The notes beneath the pieces are model-generated. The model did no database searches. It worked only from the letters and a program-made list of their open reading frames with translations, and had not been told where the DNA came from. Made by a program: the position numbers and the translations under genes. A stretch of 63,605 nucleotides of DNA, filler included, from Hyphochytrium catenoides (taxonomy: Eukaryota; Protista; Hyphochytriomycota), in NCBI GenBank assembly GCA_900088475.1. It is 7 parts of 7 records of this genome, joined end to end, with 100 filler letters (N's around TTAATTAATTAA, not from the genome) between each part and the next. Parts side by side here need not be neighbours in the genome. Positions count along the whole stretch, not along the records: positions 29,675 to 43,455 come from FLMG01000036.1; positions 43,556 to 47,399 come from FLMG01000665.1; positions 47,500 to 54,004 come from FLMG01003309.1; 4 more parts are not named here. One strand, written 5' to 3'. Below, piece by piece: positions 41,001 to 54,104 of this stretch. Every line of letters starts with the position of its first letter. Positions within the stretch are counted from its first letter, which is position 1.

Positions 41001-42895
41001 GGGGAGGTCCTCTGGCCATTATCCGGTGCAGCGGAAGCCCGCGGACGTTGCACAGCATAAGACTTGTCTTCAAAGAGGACTGACGCCAAGTTATAGAGAA
41101 GAAAAGCAGTCTTCTCTGGTGTCTCGCCCTCGGCTGGGATGTCTATCGCCCAACCACTATATCTGGCTAGGACTTCCTGGAGTGCTGAATGAATAGCAGA
41201 AGTAGAGGCAACGGCTTGTCTCCTGCCGTTCGTCGCCTTCCCATCCGTAACGAAGCGCCCCAGGAAGGTAATGCACTTGCCCACCAACTTCTCATATGTC
41301 ACCAGTCGTTCTCCGCCATTCGCAACAGAGCCTATTAGCAGCCTTGCAAAGCCTCTGACCAGTTCGCTAGCCTCCACTTCCCTTTCTCTCCAAAGGAGAG
41401 CAATGGTGATGTCTACGCAGGGACTCTGTCGTGCGATAAGATGGACAAGAGGCTGTTCAATTGAAGAGTCCTCATAGTTGCCAAAAAAGTCAGAGTTGAA
41501 GGCTACTAGAGCATTGTTTCTAAAGAACTCGTCTCCTTCTCCCTTCAGTCCTGACCAGATGGCTTTGTAGATCCTTCCTATCAGCACCAGGCATGCCTCC
41601 CTCCTTCCTTCATGCATGAAGTGCCGGCAGATGAAGGCCTTGAAACTACGTTGTAGAGACCAAATCAATTTGAAGGAAGAATTGCCTGAAGAACGTCGTC
41701 TTTGAGGTATGACCTCCAGCCTCTTTATATCGTCTTGAGGGAGGCACACAAGCCTGAGCCATACAGCCAGCAGCCCTTCATCTTCCTCTCCTCGCTTTAG
41801 CTCCTGTCTAATGGCCATCAGGGCTGGATCTACAATGTCTACTTCCTGTTCCTCCTGGCGTTTCCATTGTTCACAGGCTTCTTCGTACATAAAGCGGAGG
41901 TTGAGAAAGGCCAGACCAACCTCAGCAAGGAGATGAACGCAATCTGGGTCAGCAATGCTGTGTCCTGCTTCCCTTACTTCTTCCAGGAGCTGAAGCGCGC
42001 TGGCCACAGCGTATCCAGCCTGACGCACACTTCGCAGTGTTATCACTGGTGGCCCTAACTCTTCTTCTCGACCATCTTTGCTCGTCGAGGGCCTGGGACC
42101 GCTGTACACCATCAAAGGTCTTAGTCTTTGAAAGATCCCAGACTCGTAGAGCAGGTCTCTGAACCACTGCAGCTGCCACGCTTTAAAGTTCGCCGAACAT
42201 CCCATGTCCACATTCTCAATAGGCCCGTCACTTGGATCTCTTGCTCTCTTTGCTTCGGCAGCAGTGGAAGGAGAGCCTGAAGAGGAAGGAGCATCTTGTC
42301 TCATTGAACTAGATGAGGCACTTTTCCCTCTCGCCTCGCTTGCCCTGACTTCTCCAACCTTATCTCCATCTCCTGTGAAGCTCTCTACCTTTATCACCTC
42401 ATCACTTCCTCTCTCTGTTCTGTGTGCCTCCCAGAGATCGCATAGCTCGTCCGTCGGACTGTAGGGACGGACATCCAGCATCAAGCTTGAGACGTTCCAG
42501 ATCATTTCGTCCAGCTCCTGACTGAAGCTATCATGAAGACAGAGACGTTGGTTGTTCGGGTCCATCCTTTGAACAGTAATAGAAAAGCGGAGCAAGGCAC
42601 TAAACGCCTCTGAAGCGCCTATCGGGCACTGAACCATTGATCTTTCTGCTCCTTCTTGTTCTTCTCGAGCTCTGGGTTGGGGCTCCCTTCTCTTCCCTCC
42701 GGTGGGCTCATTGGCAGAGAAGGAAGCCCACCAGTTATCCTCTCTCTCTCCGATGGGATAGCGACGTCGTTTCTCTGTGTAGGCGTCATAGAAGGTCATT
42801 GGGTGGCGGAGGACAGTGTAATAGTAGCCGCCATAGCCTGGGCGGACGGCGTTGGAGACTTCTCTCTCCTCTTCCAGCTCTTGGGTCTCTTCCAT
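35589..42895 (-). CDS. Large (~2000 aa) protein: helical N-terminal region + SPRY domain + C-terminal DUF4246-like domain; 5' end may extend towards the contig end
   Basis: Exons ~42900-39235, 38843-38222, 37809-37595, 37420-35589 join in phase at GT-AG sites. SPRY: YYFECTIL, LSIGL, YSEGDTVGAGY, FFFTKNGQLV, YIYPGVS. DUF4246-like: VIDPSHFPY, YQLLPSIF, LYQTLSRLFSLFVPLFE, LQVMVR, EDILAVGMCCY, FLLVCPRHRIIST. Confidence 0.8.
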
Positions 42896-43397
42896 TGTCA
42901 GCTTGTCGGAGAGAGAAGAGGTCTCCTCCCGCGTCTTCTAGCTTAACCTGCTGTTTATGAGGTTTCTGTCTGGACCCTCCTTACCTGCCACGCCACCCAT
43001 TCTGACGCCAGCGGCGCCCCACGAGAAGAGCGATGGACTGCAAAGGTCGTGAGAAGGGAGAGGACGGACGTCAGAGGGACGAAGAGAAAGAAAGACAGAG
43101 AAGACACGCAGATATCAAGAAGGATTAGCGAGCAGGAGGAGAAGAGAGTGAGGGAGCCCCACTGAGAGAGAAAGGTACCGCTGATCGTATGGGTGGGGTG
43201 CGCAGGAAGCGAGGGCGAGCGGGAGAGGGAGCGCAGCAGGGAGACGAGGCTAACAAGAGAGAAACAAGAGAAAAAGACACAAAGAGAGTGAGAGAGAGAG
43301 ACCAAGAGAGACAGGGGGCCAAGAAGAGAGACACGAGAGAGAAAGACACAGTGAGAGGGAGGGAGAGAAAGACAGAAAGAGACAGAGAGAGAGAGAC

Positions 43398-43436
<39 letters not shown>

Positions 43437-43455
43437 CAGAGAGAGAGAGAAAGAG

Positions 43456-43555
43456 NNNNNNNNNNNNNNNNNNNNNNNNNNNNNNNNNNNNNNNNNNNNT
43501 TAATTAATTAANNNNNNNNNNNNNNNNNNNNNNNNNNNNNNNNNNNNNNNNNNNN
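43456..43555. other. Artificial contig-joining linker
   Basis: N44-TTAATTAATTAA-N44. Confidence 0.98.
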
Positions 43556-43575
43556 TCTCTCTCTCTCTCTCTTTG

Positions 43576-43606
<31 letters not shown>

Positions 43607-43836
43607 CATCTCTCTCTTTCTCCATCTCTCTCTCTCTCTCCTTCCCCCGGGCACTACTTGCTGCTTAGAAAACAAACACTGTGGGCAAATCTAACACGAT
43701 ATGCCTTCTCACTCTCTCTTCTCTTACCTACTTTCTTTCTCGTTTCCTGTTTATCCTTTCTCTCTTCCTCTCTCCAACCTTTCGCTCTCTCTCTGTGCAT
43801 CTCTTTCTCTCTCTTCTCTTCTCTCTCACTTCACAG

Positions 43837-44341
43837 CCATCATCCAGGAGCTTCTCGGGATATCTTCTTGGAAGCGGGACACGGCTTCTCTTTCCTTCGA
43901 AGTCTCCTGCAGAAAGAGCAGAAGCAGCACAAGGAAGAACGTCCAAGTGGGCAAAAGAAAGAGAAAGAGTCCGCCAAGCCTTTTCTCTCTCCTTCTTCTC
44001 CTAAGCAAGCGCGAGAGAGAGACGTCAATCTCTCTCTCTCCTCTCCTTCCGCTTCAGTCTCTTCTGCTACTAGACAACGCCCCAAGACAGCAGGAGCGGG
44101 TAGGGCCGTGAAGCCTCTGCGTAAAGATGGAGAAGGAGAGAGAGAGAAAGGGAACAATCTGATGGAAGAGACAATGAAGGTAAGCATCCATCCCTATGTC
44201 CTTGGCGTGGCTGGAGTGCTCCTCCTTGCTCTCTCTCTGTTTCTCTCTCTTCCTCTTCCTCCCTCTTCCTGTCCCCTTCTCTCTTTCTTTCCTGGCCCCC
44301 CTTTCTCTTTCTCTCCCCATCTCTTCTCTCTCTCAACACCG

Positions 44342-44374
<33 letters not shown>

Positions 44375-44883
44375 TCTCTCCTCTACTGAGTTCAGAACCT
44401 TTCACCTCCCTGCTGGCTGTGATATCAATCTCTCTTTCTCCATTTCGATCCTGCTTTCTCCCCTGTTCCATATGTTCGGCTCTTTCCTTTCTCTCTGTCT
44501 CATCCCTTCTCCTCTCTCTCGCTCTTCCCCATTTCCTCTCTCTAAGCTCTCTCTCTCTCTGTTTCTCTCTGCTTTCCCTGTTTCTCGTACGCTTCTGCTC
44601 ACCTCCTTTTCTCTCCAGCCGCGCCTCGCCCGTGTCCAGGCTCTAGCCCCTCCTGAAGAGCTGAGAGAAGCAGTTTTGAGTTCTCTCTCTTCTCCCTCTT
44701 CATCTCTTGACGGTACGACCAACCAGAGCTCTCGCCTTCCTCTTTTCGCCTATTCGCTTTCTTCCATCTCTTTCTCTCTCTCCTTCTCTGTTCTCTGAAA
44801 GAAGAGAAAGCGGCATAATTCTTGTTTCTCCTCACTGCGTGCGCGCGCGCTCCCTTCTCTCTCTTTCTCTCTTTCTCTCTTAA

Positions 44884-44929
<46 letters not shown>

Positions 44930-45862
44930 TCTCTCTCTCTCTTTCTCTCTCTCTCTTTCTCTCCTTTTATTTTTCTCTCTCTCCCTGTCTCTCTTTGTCT
45001 TACCCTCTCTCTCTGCCTGTTCCTGGTGTGCTTTCTCTCTCTCTCTCTACCTGTTGTCTCGTATGTCACCTTCCTCCTGTGTCATTCTCTCTTCCACGTC
45101 AGTAACTAAGGCCCGAGAGTACATTCTCTGGCTCGAGGCCGAGCGGACAAAGCTTCACAGCCAGTTCTCAGAGGAGGTTCGTGCCATTCCTTTTTCTCTT
45201 TCTCTCTCTTCTCTCTCTTTCTCTCTCTTTCTCTCTCTTTCTCTCTCTTTCTCTCTCTTTCTCTCTCTTTCTCTCTCTTTCTCTCTCTCCCTTTCCTCTC
45301 CCTTTCTTCATGCCCCTCTTTCTATCCTCTCCAGATTTCTCTCTCTCTCAAAGTCTCTCGGTCCCCTCTTTCTCTCTTTCCTTTTCCGTCTCCCTCTCTT
45401 GCCCTTTCTTCTTACTTTTTCCAGCCACTCCGTCCGCTTCTCTCCTCTCTTTCCCTCCAACTCATCTGTTGTCTTCCTTTGCTCGGTCTGAAGTTTTCCC
45501 TCCTGATTTATCTCTCCGTGTTGCTCTTTCTCTGTCCCAATATTTGTTTTTTTCTCTCTTTCTTCTTCTCTTTCTTATTTCTTTTTTTTTTGTTTCTCTT
45601 TTCTTCTCTCTTTCTTCCTCTCTCTAACCTGTTTTGGTCCGCCGGCGCCCTCTCCCCTTTCCCGTGCTCTCTCTCTTCACTGACAATATTTGGGCCTGTT
45701 AGCAAGAAAAGTTGAAGCAGATGCGGATCGCTAACAAAGCTCAAAGTAGACAACTTGAGAGGTAAGCCGGAGATACAAAGAGACAGAGAAGGAAAGAGAG
45801 AGACAAGAAAAGGAGAGCGAGGGCAGAGAGAGGAAGAGACACAGACAGAGAGAGAAAGAGAA

Positions 45863-45922
<60 letters not shown>

Positions 45923-46247
45923 AGAAAGAGGAAACGGAAAGTACTTATATTTTGAGCGGATACAATCTCTTGGTCCCGCCTCTGTTCTTCTGATTGTGTC
46001 CTTCTATCACCCTCTCTCCCTCCCGCTGCAGTCTTTCTCTTCCCTTTTCTCGTCCCTCGATAGCTCTTTCTCCACCTCTTCTTATAATTGTCCTCAACTG
46101 ACAGGTCTCTCTCTTTCTTCTCTCACTCTCTTTCTTTTCTCTCTTTGTGTCGTGCACCACTCTTGGTCTCTTCGTTCCGGTTCGTATTATCTGTCCAGAC
46201 TGCAGAGACAGCTGAGCCGACCCACGTCAGAACCAGAAAGTAGTTAA
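43837..46247 (+). CDS. 3' part of a hypothetical protein with a C-terminal coiled coil (5' truncated)
   Basis: Exons ~43837-44179, 44619-44712, 45103-45176, 45703-45761, 46199-46247 all splice in consistent phase, giving ...AREYILWLEAERTKLHSQFSEE/QEKLKQMRIANKAQSRQLE/RLQRQLSRPTSEPESS*. No family recognised. Confidence 0.7.
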
Positions 46248-46509
46248 GAAGGAAAGAAAGAAAGAAAGAGAAAGAAGGGGAGAACGAAAGAGAGAGAGAG
46301 GCGGGAGAGAGAAAAAGACGCGAGCGCAGCTCGAGTATAATCTTAGTTGTGTTATGGAGCTTCCCTCTCTGAAGTCTATGTCTCGCTTTCTATCTCTGGT
46401 ACTCTGTCTTTGTCTCCTCTCTCTCCTCGTCGCTTCGTCCTCTTCCGCAAGAGGAAGCAAGAACCGCTAAGAAGAGAGAGAGAGAGAGAGAGACAGAGAG
46501 AGAGACAGA

Positions 46510-46544
<35 letters not shown>

Positions 46545-47024
46545 GTGGTATGGCAGCAAAAAGACTAGAGAGAGAGAGAGAGGGCTTAATCGGCGAGGAG
46601 CTGATTTATAGGAGGAGATTCGTTTATTTACATCGAACCTCCCGTGGGCTCATTGCCACGGTCGTCCGTTCGAAGCAGGGAGAGAGAGAGAGAAAGAGGT
46701 TTCGAAGGGGGCACTAGAGGCTAATGCCATAACTTAGGTTGCGATAGTCACGATGTGAGGAGAAACAGAAGAGAGAGAGAAAGAAGGAGAGAGAGAGAAC
46801 GTCCGAGAGGAGTCCTCCCATAAACTGGGAAGAGAGAGAGAAGTCGTAGAGATTGTTTACACCTCCCCAGTCAGAAACACGAGGGGTTGTCAATCAAATC
46901 TATATATATAAAGAGGTGGGAACAGAGAGAGCGCAAACGAACGAGAGAGAGAGAGAGGCATGCGAAGCTTTTCTGTCTCTCTCTGGGTTTTAGCGTTGAG
47001 TGGAGCAGGGGGAGAGGGTGGCAC

Positions 47025-47399
47025 TCAGTAGTCATCTTGCACTGTCAACGCCTTCAACTTGTCAATAAATTGAGCGCGCTTCGAGCCAAGAATCTGAGCC
47101 AACACCTGAAGAGAATAAAACGAGAGAGAGAGAGAGAGAGAGAGATTAGATACAACCTCAGCCGGTACCAGCAAGGAGCAGTTAAACACCAGAAGGTATA
47201 CAGCACCAGCGAGAGAGAAATAGAGCCAGAGAGAGAGCCTAGGAGAGAGAGTGTATGGCCAAATGGCCACAACGAACGAGGACAGAGAAAAGTGAAATCA
47301 GATGACATGGCAAAGACAGAGCGAGAGAAAGCGAGAGAGAGAGAGAGAGAGAGAGAAAAGAGGTAGACCGTGAGGAAGAGAGAAACCCTTGCTCACCTC
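47025..47399 (-). CDS. 3' end of a hypothetical membrane protein (5' truncated by contig end)
   Basis: Exons 47238-47157 and 47105-47025 give LSLWLYFSLAGAVYLLVFNCSLLVPAE/VLAQILGSKRAQFIDKLKALTVQDDY*. An upstream donor gag|gtgagc lies at the contig edge. Confidence 0.55.
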
Positions 47400-47499
47400 N
47401 NNNNNNNNNNNNNNNNNNNNNNNNNNNNNNNNNNNNNNNNNNNTTAATTAATTAANNNNNNNNNNNNNNNNNNNNNNNNNNNNNNNNNNNNNNNNNNNN
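47400..47499. other. Artificial contig-joining linker
   Basis: N44-TTAATTAATTAA-N44. Confidence 0.98.
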
Positions 47500-47554
47500 G
47501 ATGAGGTATTATAGCTACAGATCCTCCTCCCCGTTGTTGCAGCCACCACGGAGC

Positions 47555-48344
47555 CTACACTAACCACTCCAAGCCAGCAGCAACCTTCTTCCTCTTCATA
47601 ATAGGCATGAGTGTCCATTGCATGAAGGATATACGGTTATCTAGGGAGAAGACAATCCTGGTGAATACTTCCATACAAATCACGCGCTGTTCCTGGTCAC
47701 CATGACGTACAACTTCTAGCCTACGACCAGCTATGGTCACGCGGTCACCTCTTGGGTCCCAAGCATTAATCTGCACCTTCTCGTCATAGAAGCGTATCGT
47801 CTTGAAGGCACCATGGAGCTCCTGACTGACATAGTGAGAACGAGAAGAATGGTCAGCACTCTATGATGGAGAGCTTCACGGCACCGGGAACAACAACTTA
47901 CAAGCATTCCATGAGACCGTCAAGCCCATGGTATTCGTTATATGTTGGCAAACAACGATCAAACTTTCCGTCCGCACTTGTCAGGGAAGGAGAGAGAGTA
48001 CTGCGGAGCACGACGCATCCATCTCCAAATATATGAAAGTGGTTCTTCAACTTATCCTTGCCGTCCGTCTTCCCCGCAGCCATCTCAGTTCTGAGGACAT
48101 GAAGCCGAAACTGTCTGATTCGGTCATAATCCATACGTCTACCCCAGCACGTTGTGGCCACAGCGTCCGTAGGAGTCGACATCATGGCCACACGACGCTG
48201 CAGTGATTGGTTCTTCAGTTCCGCCTGTTCGACCTCAGAGGATAAGATGGCGAACTTCCCGGATACATAGCCCACCTTTCTTCGCCGAGAAGGACGATTG
48301 ACATCATCGCCACCTTCCTTCTGTTGCTGTTCTTTGCTTTTCAT
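47555..48344 (-). CDS. Putative bZIP-like protein with a C-terminal SnoaL/NTF2-like domain, 2 exons (start 48344 or 48437)
   Basis: A 76-nt GT-AG intron (47901-47826, gtaagt...ctgac...cag) fuses two ORFs in frame: NRPSRRRKVGYV...LSSEVEQAELKNQSLQRRV, then YHGLDGLMECF/QELHGAFKTIRF...FTRIVFSLDNRISFM. Domain calls are from pattern recognition only. Confidence 0.5.
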
Positions 48345-51300
48345 CGTTATAGGGGAAGAAGAAAAGAAAGAAGAGAAAGAAGAAGAGAAAGTAGAGGAAG
48401 AAGCGGCCCCCTTGTTGGGCAAAGGGCAATGCTGCATTTATGCTGCCAAGTCCAACTCGCTGCAGCGATCTACCCGCGCTGGTGTTCTGGGCTACATAAT
48501 AGTGTAGCTGACCTCCTCCTCCTGTTGAAGAATGGTGGTTGAGTGTTGCCCCTTCTTGTTGTTATTGTGGCGGTGTCTTGGCTGACTGGCTACCTCTACT
48601 ATCTTTTCTTTATGGATTGTACTGGACGGCAGATTTGGAGCTCTTCTTCGTCGTCCGTCCTCCAAGTAGTGGCACCGCTCCGGATGCAGCCACCAAGCTG
48701 AAAGATGATGAGCGGTGGAGTGGTGCCGTTTGCTCTTACAATTTTTGAAGGAGGACAACCACCAGCAGGACGATACAACCAACGACGGGAAGGCGCCCAC
48801 ACCGCGGCCACCACCTCCGTCGTCCTCGTCTTAGAAAGAGAAGTTTTTTTAAAAGCGGACGATGGAAACCCTCGCTTCCAATCTACTCGCAGTAGCGTAG
48901 AAAAACGACAAAACACGGCACTGAGGGGAAGAAGGGAAGGATAGAAAGTATTACGCGGCCGACCATAGCAGCACCGATCGCTGGATGCGCGGATGGTGGA
49001 GGATGTGGATGATGCCGAAGAGAGAAGAAGCGAGGGAGGAGGATTGCTCTGGTGTGCTGCTGTTTGTTATTGTCGAAGAACAAAGAGAGGAAGTCCAAGA
49101 AGAAGTAGAATAGTCTCGAGAAGAAGTAGAATAGTCTCGAAGCGCGCAGAGAGTGGCCTCCTCCTGCTGATGGTGGTGGTAGGAACTAAGCCCCTCTTAG
49201 GGTCCCTTCTACTCTTTTTTGGGTGGCTTACTGCTGTGGAGCTGCCTGCCAGAAGACGCGCTGACAGCAAGCTGTGCGGTTAATAATAGGAGGAGTGCGG
49301 ACGAGTAGAGGAGGGGAAGAAAGAGGTCATCATCAGCAGTAAGAAGTCATAGGAAGAGGACGGATGGCGGATGGATGAACGTTGTCCCCATTAAGGTGGT
49401 CGAACTAAGAAGGGAAGAACAAGGAGGACGAGGAGGATCTCACAGCAGAAAAAGACGACGAGGAGGCGAACAGTTGGTGGCCTGCTGCTGGAGCTGGTGC
49501 TTTTCTTCTTCTTGCTTGTTCCTTCTCCTCCTTCTTTGGCAAAAAGTAACCACTGAACCAGAAGTTGGAAGGCACCTGAAGACCACATTCTTCCTCCTTT
49601 TGTACCGTAGAACTACCTCAGTAGCAGTGGCCCGTTCGAAAACGCTCAGCTACTAGGGCCTTGATTGGCCGTTTACCCGTCTGTCAAAGGTATCCTACAA
49701 GTACTCGTCACGAAGGCGAATTCCCAATAAAGTAAATAATAATGACTCCACCCCACTGAGGGGCGCTGCTTCTATTCTGTTTACTAGGGAGGATAGCGAG
49801 TCGTAGGCGTAGCCTATACTTGTCGCTGCGGTGAGGCCCAAAGCATGTAATGAGACAACAAAGGGGTTAAAGCCTCGTGGAAGAAGGAAATAATCGTTGT
49901 TATAATAAAGAGCACGAGCAGCAGCATCAGTGAAGACATAGTAGTTGCGCCTGGAACTCGTCTCACTACGACGGCGGCAGCGGCCTTCCGCCGCCTCCTT
50001 GCGCTGCGGTATTTGGTTCCAATACTTTTGAATGATAAAAGAAAGATAGATAATGAAGAACATGATGATACTCATCACAAAAGACGGCGGTGTAGTATTA
50101 TCCCACCTCAGCATCATTTGCATCCTCCTTCTCTTTTGACAGAAGAGATTGACGAAGAGCTTCTTGTTGCTGCTGCTTCTTCTTCTCCGCTTCTATCATT
50201 ATTCCTAAGACACAGTAACCATGACCCTTCTTTTATTATTGATGATGTTTGAGGAGAAGAGATCAAGGACTCTTAGAAGCTCTGGTCTTCGTCGCGTCTT
50301 CTCCTTGTTCTTCTTTTTCTCTCTCCTTGTTTTCCTTTGATCTCTTCCTTTTCTTTCTTTCTTTCTTCGTCCCGGCAGGACTAGATCATCACTACTTTCT
50401 GCTGTTCGATCTGTACGGAGTCGCAAGGCATGACCTAAGAACAAAGAGGTCAGTTTACCACCTAACAACAACAAAGGTATCTGAACAAAGCTGTCAAAAA
50501 AACGTTAGCTGCTGTGTGAAAGGTAGCAACTTATCGGAATTCCACCAACAGTAAGCCACCAGCAGTTGCGGGGCGGCGATGGCAGGGAAGAGGCTGCAAG
50601 AACGGACGGATAAGAGGTGTAGTGGCAAAGAGGAAACCTCTTCATCGATGATGGGTTCTGTGTCCCAGCTAGTATTATATGATGATGTGATGATGGACCG
50701 GGCCTCGAGACAATACTGTTGAAGCACATACTACCGAGGAAGCGTATTTTGCGGAAGGAGGAGCACCGCAGCGATGAGGAAGAAGTGAGAGACAAGAGGT
50801 ACGAGTTATCAGGATGATTAGTTGCGGGAAGACTGATCGAAAGACATTTGTTATCTGACAAGAGTGCAAGGAGAACATTGACGGTGCGCCCAGAAGCTGG
50901 AGTAGCGCAGCGACTTTGAGAGAGATGCACAGAAGAAGAGTAGAAGGATAGAAGTGTCAAAGAAGTCTAGAATTATCTCCTAGTGCTCATACTCTGTCCG
51001 TTATTCTCTCTTGTACGGTCTCTACATTAAATTGACTGTGCTGGTCTTATTTGCATTGAACTTTCTTCTGTACTGTTGGAAGGTTAGTAGATGATGTCTC
51101 TGAACTTCGCAAGACAGCGACCGAGCTTGAGCCCCATCAAAGCTTTTCTCTTCGTCTCTCTCTATCCACCTCCTCTCTCGTGCATGGCTTGCATATGCCA
51201 TCTAGTAGAAAAACCTAGCCAAGAGCTTGGACGAGCGCTTATTGAGCACATCATCATCAGGACAACTCTTGATCATCAATCCGGCAAGAAGAGCTAATAA

Positions 51301-52299
51301 GTCCAACACGCTACCACTCTCAACAAGGAATAATGAGCTGAAGCTCACTAGGCCCCACCACACCATTCATCCAACAACATGATGGCAGCACCACCAACAA
51401 CAACCCTCCTATGATGCCAACCGACGACCAACAAGAAGAAGAACTCCTTCGCTCTGGCACAGCTTCGCTTCTTCAAGAGCTATTGGGGACTTACTGGGCA
51501 TACGACGTGAATTACCTCCTCCAGCCGTCATGAAGGGAGGAAGGTGGAACAGCCATCATTGGCTAAATAACTGATGACGGTCACGAACAAGACGAGTGGC
51601 AACTGCTGATTGACGCTGATGATGGTGTTCCTCCACGTTTTTGACCAATAAACGTAGCGATGAGAGCAGCAGCTGTCCCTCATCGTAATCAAAGCACATG
51701 CTGCTCATCAAGTCATCAGCAGTCGTCCTCGCCTCCACAACACCACAAAGGCTAGTAGTTGCTGCTATAGTTCTTCTTTCTATTGCTGCGGGCACCTTGC
51801 TTTGCCGCCGGCCAGCCTCCTAGGAGTGAAGAAGTAAGCTCCACACTATAATGCGACATTATCATAAAGTCAAGCGACATCTTGGTCCCATCACCTCCTC
51901 CCCATCTGCTCTCGTCGTTAGCGGTCGTCCGCGAATGTCTTCCCCTTCGCCATAAGGTAACCTGGATACCCAGCTCTGCTATGGTATCACTGGCACCCCC
52001 GCACCTTTCTGCTCACAATCAGCTGCTGCTGCTGCTGCTGCTGCTCTTGACCTTTCACTCCTTCGTCCTTCCCAATGCTGATGCCAGCCCAGCCGCCGAT
52101 CAGCAGTCTATATACTACGCGGCAACCAGGCCTCTGGGTCACACAGCCCTGCCTCATAACGTTTAAGCTTGGGAGGATGAGTCACCTACGAAGCTTCAAA
52201 AGTAAATGCAGAAAGCAGGATGACATCTCCTATTGACTTCGTTAGGAGGAATAGGAAACCTCGGAACCGGGTCCAATCGCCGTTCTCCAGGTGGGAGCG

Positions 52300-53910
52300 A
52301 TGCTGCGACTTCAACAGCGCCTAGTCTCAGCGGTAGAGAGAAGGCTGGGGCGTCGAGGCACAGCCCAAATCTTCTCTCGATCGGTTGACTCATGGATATC
52401 GCAACGCCAAGCGCAAAATAGAATCGCTCAGCTCAGTTCTTGGGGTCGGGAGGGAGCTGCTTCTCCTCATCCCACGTACTCAGAGCGCTTGTCCGTATGG
52501 TGGTCAGGTGAGCATCACTATCCTTTCTTTCATTGTCGATTATTAGCTACATCGCCGCCTAAGGATCCTTCTTCCTCACAGACTCGTGCGAGCTGCTCCC
52601 TTGTTCTCCTATTCGTGTCCGCTAAGGGCAATCCTGTCTATAAAAAACCGTCTCACTCTTTTTCTCTCCTTAGAGATGCCTCGGAGGATGAGAAAAGTGC
52701 GGCAGATCACTCTGCCTGGCGGGGACCTGCTGCAGATTAGCTATAGCGAGGTCTTTGGTCATTTAAGCTTTGTGTTCCTCGCTATATCCTTCGCTTTCCG
52801 TGATATTCTAACGCTGAGGTCATTGGCACTGGTGGCTGGGACGAGTATGATGGTCTTCAACTACTGGCACCCGGTGGGGCACCCGCTGTGGTTGCCGTTT
52901 AAGTGGAACGCGATCTTCATTGGTGTTAACTTCATTCAGATCGTGACTCTTCTTAGGGAAAAGTATCTGGTGCGATAGCTCGTGTTGCTTCTTTATGTAC
53001 AATTTGCTCTTCCATTAGCTGTGGCATGTCTCCTCCGCTGTCAATCTATCCTACTCTATCTCTTCGCGACATGCTCTGGTCCATCTATCGTCTGCTTGTC
53101 TAGCTTAGCTTCGGCACCACTGCCCTAGGCTCCACTGGATAACGGTGCTTTTATTGTCTCCACCACCAGATTGGGTTTACTCATACATCCCAATTGTTTC
53201 CTCCCGTTCATGTCACTTTTCCTTCTGAAGGGCTCGTCTCGCTTCCGCGTTTTTTCTGTATGCCAGGTTTTGCATGGCGGGATCTTTCCCTCTCTCTAGC
53301 TTCATTGACCCGTCCCGCGCCTTGTACTGACGTTCCATGCTGTGGCTCTTGAAATGTGTAGGCTCACAATCTATCCAAAGATGAGAAAGCAATTCATAGG
53401 CGAATCTTTGAACCCTATGGAATGGACCTGACAGACTTTCTTCAGCTGCTTAATGTAAGCACATGCGAGAGATGACCCTAATGTATCTCATAGGGGAAGG
53501 ACGAAGAGATCAGCATAGAGCTTCTACAGTCCTGGGCGTGAGAGGGTGAAGTCTTTCCTTATTTATATTATTGGTCTGACCAATCTCGCACGCTCCCCTT
53601 TGTTCGACCGGTTGGTGCCATACAGATCGGTCATTTCCGCAGCTATATTGCAGGAGCTCAGCTCTTCCAACAGAACACCCCTCAGTACAATGTGTGGCTG
53701 TTGATTGAAGGCACTCTTGACGTCATTATCAACGGAAAGAAAGTGTACCAGCTTAAGCCAGGAAACTTCTTTGGTGAAATGGGTCTGCATCTTGGCCTCA
53801 GGATCAAGGATATTCCCCTCGCTTCCGCTACTGTCGTCGCCAAAGATAAGTGCCGCGTACTAGTATGGCCTCGACGGAAGCTAAATGACTTTCTCGATGG
53901 CCATGAACAT
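52300..53910 (+). CDS. Popeye-domain-like (POPDC) membrane protein with a cyclic-nucleotide-binding fold; 3' truncated by contig end
   Basis: Exons 52300-52507, 52674-52969, 53362-53454, 53626-53910. TM region GHLSFVFLAISFAFRDILTLRSLA...WNAIFIGVNFIQI, linker LSKDEKAIHRRIF...DFLQLL, cNMP fold WLLIEGTLDV...LKPGNFFGEM...SATVVA...VLVWPRRKL. Confidence 0.82.
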
Positions 53911-54004
53911 GTAAGGAGCTAGCTGCGACGGGCGGGAACTCTTCCCTATAAGTCTTCCGCTTTTACGTGGTGCTCAACTGGTTGCTCCTACCTTCTTTGC
54001 TTTC

Positions 54005-54104
54005 NNNNNNNNNNNNNNNNNNNNNNNNNNNNNNNNNNNNNNNNNNNNTTAATTAATTAANNNNNNNNNNNNNNNNNNNNNNNNNNNNNNNNNNNNNNNN
54101 NNNN
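54005..54104. other. Artificial contig-joining linker
   Basis: N44-TTAATTAATTAA-N44. Confidence 0.98.

Noticed and set aside
48500-52200. Many short ORFs and a 21-bp tandem duplication (~49100-49141)
   Set aside because: No coherent coding signal or mobile-element hallmark; treated as intergenic or decayed DNA.
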